IMG/VR virus record: IMGVR_UViG_3300034093_002374
Coordinates: 3,814 to 67,813 of that record
Source of the DNA: a virus
Strand: one strand, 5' to 3'
DNA length: 64,000 nt
The notes under the pieces are model-generated. The model was given only the letters and a program-made list of their open reading frames with translations, had not been told where the DNA came from and made no database searches. Positions 39,828 to 48,468 of the stretch are shown piece by piece. The position numbers were made by a program, and so were the translations under genes. Each line of letters begins with the position of its first letter. The stretch's first letter is position 1.

Positions 39828-40791
39828 CTGGCAGACGTCCATTACAGACGAGGCGCTTCGCTGCCTTGTGCGTCAAGACACAATTGTATCGGGTGGCTGT
39901 ATTGCCTCTATGCTAATGGGTGATACTGTTAACGACTTTGACATTTACTTCAGAACGCGTGAAACAGCACGTGCCGTCGCTGAGTACTATGTTAAAAACT
40001 TTAATAACACTAAGGGTCTACTTAAACACAAAGCTGCTCACCACATAAATCCTGAATTGCGCGACGAGCGCATCACTAACCTTCGGGGTGAAGAAGAAGA
40101 TCGCATCATCATTTTTATGAAATCTTCAGGTGTTGCTGGAGAAGATCAGACTGAGTATACATACTTTGAGACGCATGCTTCGGAAGAAGCTGAAGACAAC
40201 TTTATGGCGAGTCTCGGCCAGAATGAGTATGGTTACGACAGTCTTGTTGCTGATTCTTTGGGTGTTGCTGAAGAACTGCGTTCTGAAGTTCGTGGCGACC
40301 AAGGCGTTAAGGTAAAGAAAGCAGCGTATCGTCCTGTCTTCCTTACTGACAACGCAATTACTCTTTCTGATCAGGTGCAACTGATAATTCGTTTTTACGG
40401 CACGCCCTCAGAGATTCACGACAACTACGACTATGCGCACGCAATGTGCCACTATGATTGGTGTAATGACTCACTCGTTACGCCGCAAGAAGCTCTTCTT
40501 TCTATGATGTCTAAGGCGCTCATTTACCGTGGTTCTCTTTACCCACTGTGTTCGATGATGCGCCTTCGAAAGTTTTTAGGGCGAGGGTGGCGTATCTCTG
40601 CTGGTCAAATTATTAAGATTGCGCACCAAGTTCGTTCAATCGATTTTAACAATCCAAAAGTGCTTCGTGAGCAACTAATGGGTGTTGACGCCGCCTATAT
40701 GGGCGAGTTGATCAGCGCTATCGAAACGGCTCCCGGCAAGATTGATGAAACGTATCTTGCTAAACTTATCGATGAGGTGTTTGATGCGTGA
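39775..40791 (+). CDS. Nucleotidyltransferase-fold protein
   Basis: IVSGGCIASM...NDFDIYF (GG..S..DxD Pol-beta superfamily signature), YDYAH, RLRKFLGRGW. Confidence 0.65.
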   Translation: MGMKSTTVKKVLRKKLTDWQTSITDEALRCLVRQDTIVSGGCIASMLMGDTVNDFDIYFRTRETARAVAEYYVKNFNNTKGLLKHKAAHHINPELRDERITNLRGEEEDRIIIFMKSSGVAGEDQTEYTYFETHASEEAEDNFMASLGQNEYGYDSLVADSLGVAEELRSEVRGDQGVKVKKAAYRPVFLTDNAITLSDQVQLIIRFYGTPSEIHDNYDYAHAMCHYDWCNDSLVTPQEALLSMMSKALIYRGSLYPLCSMMRLRKFLGRGWRISAGQIIKIAHQVRSIDFNNPKVLREQLMGVDAAYMGELISAIETAPGKIDETYLAKLIDEVFDA

Positions 40792-40957
40792 AGTTGACTT
40801 TCTTGTCATTCACAGGTGGATTCAAGCTGAAGCAAAAGTAATTATGGCAAAGCGGACTTATACAAACGCTCGTGCTATCGGTGAAGCTGAAGCAAAAGCT
40901 GATGTACTTCGTGAAGAAGCTCGTCATATTCTGGTGACAGGTGATGCCGAGAGGTAG
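40784..40957 (+). CDS. Hypothetical protein
   Basis: GAGGTG RBS before ATG 40784. Confidence 0.55.
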   Translation: MREVDFLVIHRWIQAEAKVIMAKRTYTNARAIGEAEAKADVLREEARHILVTGDAER

Positions 40958-41285
40958 AATTCCTATACGTCCTAAACCGGGTTACTACTACGTTACTGAC
41001 AACGGTATTGTCATGTACGTTATCAAGGTAACAGAAGATAAAATCTTTCCTCTAATTGTACGTGACCCGGACGGCGGTATGCATCGGTATACCGCCAAAG
41101 GGCGCTACTTTCACGGTTTAGGAAACCACCCTTTGCATTTCAATCGTGAGGTGCGCGATCAAGGAAACCCGTATGAACCAGAAGAACTCAACACCGATAA
41201 GCCCGGACCAAAAGAACGTAACCGAAGAAATATCGGCTGGGTCGCTAAAATCCGAGCAATCAAGCCGCCAAAACGAGCACTTTAA
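40944..41285 (+). CDS. Hypothetical protein
   Basis: Overlapping operon ORF. Confidence 0.6.
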   Translation: MPRGRIPIRPKPGYYYVTDNGIVMYVIKVTEDKIFPLIVRDPDGGMHRYTAKGRYFHGLGNHPLHFNREVRDQGNPYEPEELNTDKPGPKERNRRNIGWVAKIRAIKPPKRAL

Positions 41286-41298
41286 AGAAGCCGGTGTT

Positions 41299-41592
41299 TT
41301 GAAACTTAGCGAGGAAACTATCACAATCTCGCTAGAAGCTGATAAAGTCTGGAAAGCACCTTTACGGCTAAACAACACGCAGTTCATGGAACGTCTCATG
41401 AACTTTTCGCCGTTTGGTGCGTTGGTTCAACCGTTTGTCATTACCGGTCTAAGTACTTATTGTGATTCTATTCTTGCAACACCTTGTCCAACTGAACCTG
41501 GCACCGGCTTGGTTAACGAAATTGCATGGTGGCGTATTGCTGCAGATGTTAAACGTCAGCTTGACGAACAGTATGGACCTGAACCAACGTGA
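41299..41592 (+). CDS. Hypothetical protein
   Basis: Start uncertain; coupled to GNAT gene. Confidence 0.55.
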   Translation: MKLSEETITISLEADKVWKAPLRLNNTQFMERLMNFSPFGALVQPFVITGLSTYCDSILATPCPTEPGTGLVNEIAWWRIAADVKRQLDEQYGPEPT

Positions 41593-42044
41593 TTCGTCCG
41601 GCCAGGCTTGAAGACATACCGGCGTTGATACCGATGGGGTTAGCTTTCCACTCGGCATCCGGTTATGGCTCTTTCATTTCAATAGACGCCATAAGTCTAG
41701 CAAAATCCCTTCGGCGTATGATACGCGCCGAAGGGAACGCTCGTCTAATTGTTTATGAACGCGCCGGTGTCGTCATGGCAGCTGCCGGTGTTATCACTAT
41801 GCCCAGCTTTTTTAATGCTGACGTTATTGTTGGCAGCGAACAGTTTATTTTTGTGTCGCCTGATTTTAGAGGTGCGTCACACGGTTCTAAATTGATCGAG
41901 GCTTTAGAAAAAGTCGCTAAAGAGTTAGGTTGTCAAACCCTTTCTTTGGCTTGTCTAGAAACCCTTTCCCCAGAGTTGTTGCATAACGTATACCTATCGC
42001 ATGGTTATACGTTGATGGAACACATGTACATCAAACGGCTTTAA
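41589..42044 (+). CDS. GNAT-family N-acetyltransferase
   Basis: IRPARLEDIPAL, IFVSPDFRGASHGSKLI acetyl-CoA motif, YLSHGY. Confidence 0.85.
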   Translation: MIRPARLEDIPALIPMGLAFHSASGYGSFISIDAISLAKSLRRMIRAEGNARLIVYERAGVVMAAAGVITMPSFFNADVIVGSEQFIFVSPDFRGASHGSKLIEALEKVAKELGCQTLSLACLETLSPELLHNVYLSHGYTLMEHMYIKRL

Positions 42045-42212
42045 AACGAGACGTAAACTTTCTACCCCGCAAAAAACGCGCGTGGGCAGGCGTTTCTACC
42101 GCCGATGATGCACCCCTGGCCGACGCGAACTCGCTTGCGTCGCCCCCGGCCTCCCCGAAACGTCGGGGTCTGTCGGTCCACCCGGTCTGCGTGGCATCCA
42201 GCCGCTGCTCTT

Positions 42213-42232
42213 GACCCCGTTGACTTAACCCT
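42213..42232 (+). promoter_or_regulatory. Motif A copy 3 (GACCCCGTTGACTTAACCCT)
   Basis: Intergenic, upstream of 42316 gene. Confidence 0.65.
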
Positions 42233-42250
42233 ATATCTTGAAACCATTTC

Positions 42251-42279
42251 TGCGCAGATTAGGGTAACTTATATGATAG
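42251..42279 (+). promoter_or_regulatory. Motif B copy 2 (candidate promoter)
   Basis: TGCGCAGATTAGGGTAACTTATATGATAG. Confidence 0.6.
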
Positions 42280-42315
42280 GAATCAATACCTATCATCAAC
42301 CTTAAGGATGACACC

Positions 42316-43050
42316 ATGTCGCAACAACTGAAGCAAGTTTTCCAAGCCGCCGATGGCACGACTTTCGACACGCGTGCTGATGCTCTGGATTACATGCGTC
42401 GGCCGCTGATCGCAGCTGCCTTCAATAAGCTGACCGCTGACAATGCGGACCTGACGAACTGGCTCATTGCTGAGCAAGACGAAATTGAGAACGCCTTCGA
42501 CACGGGTACGATTCGTCGTATCACCAAGACCGAGAAGAAGCATCTGGCTTCCGCGCTCGATCGTGTTGTTGAGCTTGCCAAGGACGACCGCAAGCTGGCC
42601 TTCCTGGCTGAGCATGCCGAAGGTCTCAAGACGACCTTCCGTTACCCGCCTGTCACGCGTATGTCGGACGACGAGAAAGCCGTTGCCGCTAAAAACACGC
42701 TTATGGCTCGCACCAACAACAACGCTCAACTGACTGACTGGATTCTGGGTAACAAGGACGCTATCCTTGCTGCCTACCAAGCCGGTGTTGAGAAGCGTGA
42801 AGTCTCGCCGAAAGCCACCGAGGCTCTGCTTGCGTACCGCATCAAGACTGCGGAAGAAAAGCTGGTCGCTTTGCGCGCCAATGCTGAAAGCAAGCCGGAA
42901 GACATCGCTGAGCTGGAAGGCAAACTTGCCGCTATGAAGTCGGGCGTTGCCCCGACGATGGCCGCACCTTCGGCTGCTCCCGCCGTGGAAGCTGAAGAAG
43001 TCGTTGAAGAGGTGGTTGAAGAAACCGCCGAAGAAACTGTCAACGAGTAA
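42316..43050 (+). CDS. Probably highly expressed hypothetical protein with internal duplication
   Basis: AAGGA RBS; codon bias like tail tube/SSB; repeat NADLTNWLIAEQDEIENAFDTG / NAQLTDWILGNKDAILAAYQAG; acidic tail. Confidence 0.85.
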   Translation: MSQQLKQVFQAADGTTFDTRADALDYMRRPLIAAAFNKLTADNADLTNWLIAEQDEIENAFDTGTIRRITKTEKKHLASALDRVVELAKDDRKLAFLAEHAEGLKTTFRYPPVTRMSDDEKAVAAKNTLMARTNNNAQLTDWILGNKDAILAAYQAGVEKREVSPKATEALLAYRIKTAEEKLVALRANAESKPEDIAELEGKLAAMKSGVAPTMAAPSAAPAVEAEEVVEEVVEETAEETVNE

Positions 43051-43063
43051 TCAACAAAATTTC

Positions 43064-43352
43064 GACCCAAGTGGGTCCCTCTAGTCAGAGGCTAACTGAC
43101 AGTGTTAACGTCGATGGAGACACGCCTAAGCCGCGTGTCGTCAGAACTATTTGCAGGGCGTATCTTGTGTACGCTGCATGTCTAGCCTGACTCTTAAACG
43201 AAGTGCGCTTCAATTGGAAGCACTCGTCCAGCGCGTTTAACGCACTCCTCTTGAAGGGAGCTTCACCCTACTTTGTCAAGAAAGTAATGTGGCTCTGGGA
43301 CTTGACGCCTATGCTGTCGAAAGCATGAGGCTCCCTTCAAGCGGACTGCGTT
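43064..43352 (+). ncRNA. Candidate structured non-coding RNA
   Basis: No ORF; at least 9 stems including a perfect 12-bp helix and a 6-bp loop pseudoknot. Confidence 0.6.
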
Positions 43353-43353
43353 C

Positions 43354-43388
43354 AGCCCATTGTCCAAAGTGACGGTGGGCTTTTATTT
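43354..43388 (+). terminator. Rho-independent terminator
   Basis: AGCCCATTGTC-CAAAGT-GACGGTGGGCT followed by TTTATTT. Confidence 0.75.
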
Positions 43389-43429
43389 AGTCCGAAACCT
43401 AACAACCTAACCGCAAGGAGCGACCGTCT

Positions 43430-44852
43430 ATGAGTGATGACCAACAACGAGATGTAGCACCACCGCAACGTGGTCCGCACAAGCCTAAGCAACAAAAGCC
43501 ACGTGTTTACAGAGTTGTTTCAGTGACGCGGTTCGGACGAACTTCTCACATCGATTACCATGACGCTGAGACAGCTTTCATGACGTATGAGAACAAAAGA
43601 AACCTCATCAACTTCATGTTTGTCGCGCTCTTTCGTGACGGCCATCTGCTGCTAAACGATATTAAAGAGTACGTTGAAACAGAAGAGGAAGCTTGAAAGG
43701 CTGTTAGTTAACAATGGCAAAAATCAGTGAAATCGTAGCGGCACTGCTGCTAGTCAAAGAAGAAGAAGGCAATCTAGAAGTTGTTGTTGTTAAAGAAAAA
43801 GAATTTCGAGCACCGACACTTGAAAGCGCTTTTGTAGAGCTTTGTGATATAAGAGGCAAAACTACAGCACGTGTAGTCATTATAAAGGAGCTTTAGTGAC
43901 TAAACAAGTTCCAATTAAGCCTATTCGTCGTTTAATGCCTGTAACACCGTCATCGGCGTTACTTCGCAGTCAATTTATATACGACATTGTTCACTCTAAA
44001 CGTAAACTTGCTGTAGACCTTGATACAGGCGTTTTAACGATCTTGTCAGGACGTCACCTTCTCGGACCTGAACCAAAGTACGTGTTTCGTTCAGGTGGTG
44101 CAATTATTAGTGTGCCGCTGTCACGTGATTGGGGTGAGGCAAAAGAGCAACTTTTAGAACTTTCAATTGACGTACCTCGTGGATCATTTTGTCATGGTTC
44201 ACGCTGTGTGTCATTTTTAGGTTCCTGGAGAAATTTCAGAGATACCGTAAGTTTTATTTATAATAAAACAAGAAAAGCGAGCAATTAAAATTATACCCAC
44301 TCGGATGAGTGAGGCTTTGAGAGGAGTCTTAAAATGCCTTTTAACAATACAAGCTAAAGAGGTCAACCTTGGAGCTACGAGAAGAAATTGAGCAATCTGC
44401 TGACGCCCTTGAAAAACTCTTTTACAAGGCTGCAGATGCACGCGACAAAGCCAAAGGCCCTGAAAAGACACGGCTACGTCGTATTACGAAAAGAATCGAT
44501 GCGGCACTTTCTTTGATGGAGCACGCTGAAGATGAATCTGAAAGAAACACCAATGTTGCAAGTGCAAGAAATACTGGCGCAACTACCTGAGTCAACAAAA
44601 GAATATGTAGCTACACTTCTTGTTTGTCCTAGTCATCGTTTAGACAAAAACGCAAAACTGGCGCATAATGTTATTGTTGGTTACGCCAACTGTACGCCGT
44701 CTGATGCAAAAGAAGTTTGTGATATACTTATTCGACTTGGTAGAGAGTGCAATAAATGGGAGCTTCGTGAAAAGTGGGAAGCTGCTTTTCATGACATTAA
44801 TACAAAACCACTTGGAACAAGATCGCATGCAACGGGTCATCGTCTTATCTAG
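43430..44852 (+). other. Run of small hypothetical CDS (43430-43696, 43714-43896, 43896-44288, 44369-44590, ~44553-44852)
   Basis: Tightly packed + strand ORFs, several with RBS; no recognisable motifs. Confidence 0.6.
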
Positions 44853-45072
44853 CAACAGCTGTGTTTGGTGTGAAAAGATTAAAGAATTTCTTACACAACA
44901 TGACATTGAGTACCTTGAACTGAACATTGACAATAATGAAACAGCTGCTGAGATTGCTACGTCTCAACAATTTATAAAGATGCCTCAAGTCCTCGCGGAT
45001 GGATGCTTTATAGGTGGCCATGATGCCACAATTGCTTACTTTAACAAACAACAGGAAAAACACAATGGATAA
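44827..45072 (+). CDS. Glutaredoxin/NrdH-like redoxin
   Basis: SCVWCEKIKEFL..., MPQV...FIGG. Confidence 0.85.
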   Translation: MQRVIVLSSNSCVWCEKIKEFLTQHDIEYLELNIDNNETAAEIATSQQFIKMPQVLADGCFIGGHDATIAYFNKQQEKHNG

Positions 45073-45379
45073 CATCACGCCCTTCCAACGCTATTTGCAC
45101 GATCACACTGAGCTTCGTGCCGAAAACGCGTTGAAAGTTTATCGCCTTTATGACAATCATGTCATGTCGGAAGACGACGCCAAAGTAGCGATGGTTGCTG
45201 AAGTTCAAGAGTTCATCAAATTGGTGAGCCCTGCGCATCCTAATCTCGCGCTCTTTAGAGAGATTGTACGTTTCAACACTGAAAGCGTTGCGGCCCCGGT
45301 GGCCGCTGTTGCTGTCGTCGAAGACGTAGTGGCTGCTCCCGAGGTTGTAGAAAAAAATTCCGTCTCGGAAGAAAGCTAA
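45065..45379 (+). CDS. Hypothetical protein
   Basis: AGGA RBS before ATG 45065. Confidence 0.7.
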   Translation: MDNITPFQRYLHDHTELRAENALKVYRLYDNHVMSEDDAKVAMVAEVQEFIKLVSPAHPNLALFREIVRFNTESVAAPVAAVAVVEDVVAAPEVVEKNSVSEES

Positions 45380-45400
45380 AACTTAAGTAGTTAACTAACG

Positions 45401-45429
45401 AAAGGGCGGTCCTTGTGGCCGCCCTTTTT
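45401..45429 (+). terminator. Rho-independent terminator
   Basis: AAAGGGCGGTC-CTTGT-GGCCGCCCTTTTT. Confidence 0.75.
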
Positions 45430-45443
45430 AAGGAGATACTAAC

Positions 45444-46514
45444 GTGACCAGGATTGGTTCAAGGACGCTCGTGGTGGATGCCCCGGCGCTGCTGAATGTT
45501 GCGGCTGCTTTCATAAGAGAGACGCCCTCAGAAGTTAACGAAAATGCGCAGCTTACAGGTCGCTATCAGTTTTTCTCTGATGGTCGAGACCCTGACGCGT
45601 GCGACATCACCATCCCTTTCCACGTACCGGGTGCTGTGAAGTACAAACGAGGTCGTCTGACTTGCTTCGTTGGTAGCGGCGGTACGAACATTGCGATCAA
45701 AGCTGCTCTTATACGTGCTTTGATACTGAACTCTGAATCGATTCAACTTGACGGTAAAACTGTCATGGTTAAAGACATTCAAACACTGAATGTTGAGTTC
45801 AATATAAAGTGGGCCAAGGCCCGTTGGGCGTCCAAGGCGCTACCTTACAACGGTCGTTGTCGGATAATGGAAGACACAAACAGTCTTTACATCTTGATGT
45901 TCTTCTTAACTAAAGCAAGAGCCTCAAGAACATTCGCTATTGCAAAACGATGGGACGAAAAGTTTCATAACGACTCTTTGCGTTGGTCCCACTTGTGCTC
46001 CAAAATCAGTATGCGCGAGGTGATACGTTAATGTCAATCAGATTACCCAGCCGCAACGAAGTCGCACCTTTCATTCACTGGCTTCGTGCCAGGAAGTACG
46101 TCGTAGACACTAAAGAAAATGCCTGGGATGTTGGTTCCGTTATTGTAAACGGTGAAAAGCTTTTCATGTTCTGCGATAAGAAAAAGCGATTCGGAAAGGT
46201 GCTACTACCGGTGGCTCTTCAAAAGCTGTTTGATAAATACCTTTTTGAAAAAGAATTTCAACAACAGAGGATCGGAAGACACAAAGATGACGCCTGAACA
46301 ACGACGTATTGATGACTTGCTTGAGGCGAACAACCGTTATCTTGAACGAGCGAGGTCGGCTGAACACTTGCTTCTTACCGCAATGTCGACGTTCAGAAAG
46401 TATGAGAGGCATCATTTGGCGAAGAACACGCCAGAGTCGTTCATGAAAGCGAAAGACAACGCTGACTTCGCCGATCTTATTGAGAAGCGACTCAGAGAGA
46501 CCAACTCACTTTAA
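45444..46514 (+). other. Three hypothetical CDS (45444-46031, 46031-46297, 46287-46514)
   Basis: RBS-preceded or coupled ORFs. Confidence 0.65.
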
Positions 46515-46560
46515 CCCAACACACGGACCTGAATAGGTTTGTAATTTCAAGGATCTGAAT

Positions 46561-47370
46561 ATGACTCTTCGTTTAAAGATGGCGGTCTATCTTGGCCACA
46601 AACCAAAGAACGCTCCACAGAAACTGTCACTGAATTTTATTTTACTTGGACAGGTTGAAGATGACTTCCGTAAACACTTTGGTTTCGAACCTGGTGACGC
46701 AATGCGATTTCGTTTGGAGATGGATAAAAGCCAAGGAGACCGCGCTATCGGTCGGCTAGTGGCTGACCCACTACAAGGGACTGTCCTCACGAAAAACGGC
46801 CCGAATTGGTTCATGGGCTTTAACAGCTTTTCAGTTGAAGATGTCGGTGAACGGTGTGGCATGACAGAAGTACGAGACCTCAACTTTGGTGAAGATGATA
46901 TTGTCTTTGCGCTTCCATCAAACAGCGACCGTAACACAGGCAAAGTGGGTATGGGGGAAGGTTGCTCAAGAGATAGACCTTCAGGACATGTGCCTATTCA
47001 CGGCACTGCTCAGAGAGCACCTGTAGTCGAAAAGCCAGTAAAAAGAAAACCAGAGGGTGCTTACAGGGACTGCCCTGACTGCAAAGCAGTGGATGGGGTT
47101 CAATCCTATTCGGATGGTGCTGCCTTTTGTTTTATTTGTAAAAAAGCAGTCCTTGGCTCTATTCCAAAGGAGCCAAGGAAAGAAGTGTTTGTCCCCACAC
47201 CTGATGCGATCGCAACTGCAATGCGTGATCATATCAAGAAAGCTATTCACTCCACCAACAGGGCTTATGAACATGCTATAAAGCTTGGTCTCAAGCTGGA
47301 ATTCAACATTGTCATTGACGCTGAAGGTCTTACTAAGTTGAAAGTGCGTATTGAAGAAGAGTTCTCTTAA
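46561..47370 (+). CDS. Hypothetical protein with primase-type Zn finger
   Basis: AAGGA RBS; CPDCKAVDGVQSYSDGAAFCFICKK. Confidence 0.75.
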   Translation: MTLRLKMAVYLGHKPKNAPQKLSLNFILLGQVEDDFRKHFGFEPGDAMRFRLEMDKSQGDRAIGRLVADPLQGTVLTKNGPNWFMGFNSFSVEDVGERCGMTEVRDLNFGEDDIVFALPSNSDRNTGKVGMGEGCSRDRPSGHVPIHGTAQRAPVVEKPVKRKPEGAYRDCPDCKAVDGVQSYSDGAAFCFICKKAVLGSIPKEPRKEVFVPTPDAIATAMRDHIKKAIHSTNRAYEHAIKLGLKLEFNIVIDAEGLTKLKVRIEEEFS

Positions 47371-47451
47371 ACTCTTAAAACAGGCTCACCACAGTTGTTA
47401 AAGAAGGAGGGTCCGGACGGGCTCTCCCTTCAACCGTCAAGGAGATTGACA

Positions 47452-48461
47452 ATGAGAAAAGAAATGACGATCGTCGCCGCAACTCACGGTGGCTTTCTTG
47501 TATACGACCTCACAACAGGCTCTAAAGACGTTCAACCACTCTTTGCCGGTGACCTAGATGCTTGTACAGGTTTCATGACGCAAGCTTTCTCAGACGGTCA
47601 AGTCACACAAGAGGTGACTCGTTGGCGTGTTGCTTACGACGCGCTTCTGAAAGCTCAAACGATGGGTTCACATGACACTCCGACGTTTCTTGACTGGTTG
47701 GCCGACAGGCTTGTTGATATCTATGACGAAAGTCCACAGCTTGACTATGTTCTAAGTCTTCGTGAACGTGCCAACCAAGGGCGTTATGCTTTGCTTCTTC
47801 ATGAACAAGGGCAACTACTTAAATGAGAGACAGTCAACCGGCAGCTGTTATCAGTCGTTATAAAGCAGCTTACAAACATGCAAACGGGCGTGAGCCTGTA
47901 GTCACATTTCTCCGTGGCTACTACACAATAATGGGCAGTCGCTACCGTTTAACTGAAGTGCTAAAGATGACAACGACCTTGCTCGGACGCCAAAGCTATC
48001 TTGACCGCCACTACCTTTAACTCGGAGAAACCTAAGTGCTCACACGCCAAAATCTAATCAACTACTACCGCTCTCGTTATGACTTTCATGCTACGCGTGC
48101 TGAGGATGAAACGCTTCCGGAAAGAAGCAGGGTGTACTCAAAGAAGAAAGCTTCCAACTATCGCAATGAAATGAATCGTTGGAAGTTCCTCCCCGATGAT
48201 GTCTTTGACGCAATTCAAGACGGCATCGATGTGGAGGAGCCCGCCGAAACACCGCTGTGGCATATCATTGTGTATGCCACCGAGGATGATACAACTGTTG
48301 TCGTAGAGTATGAAGATATTCCAGACAACGATCTTCCTGCTATCTTGGGTAACATTCGTGAGAAGATGCGTGTGAATCATGTCGGAGACGAACCTGATGA
48401 ACTTTACACGCCCGAGAATGAAATCAGCATCACTCCTGTCTTTGAAGAGGATGATTTTTAG
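47452..48461 (+). other. Three hypothetical CDS (47452-47826, 47823-48020, 48036-48461)
   Basis: GGAG RBS or coupled starts. Confidence 0.65.
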
Positions 48462-48468
48462 GTGACCG

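Noticed and set aside
43264-43341. Pistol ribozyme-like topology (hairpin loop pseudoknot followed by a second hairpin)
   Set aside because: Lacks the A-rich linker, the GCG after the pseudoknot and the GU cleavage site of pistol; kept only as an unknown structure
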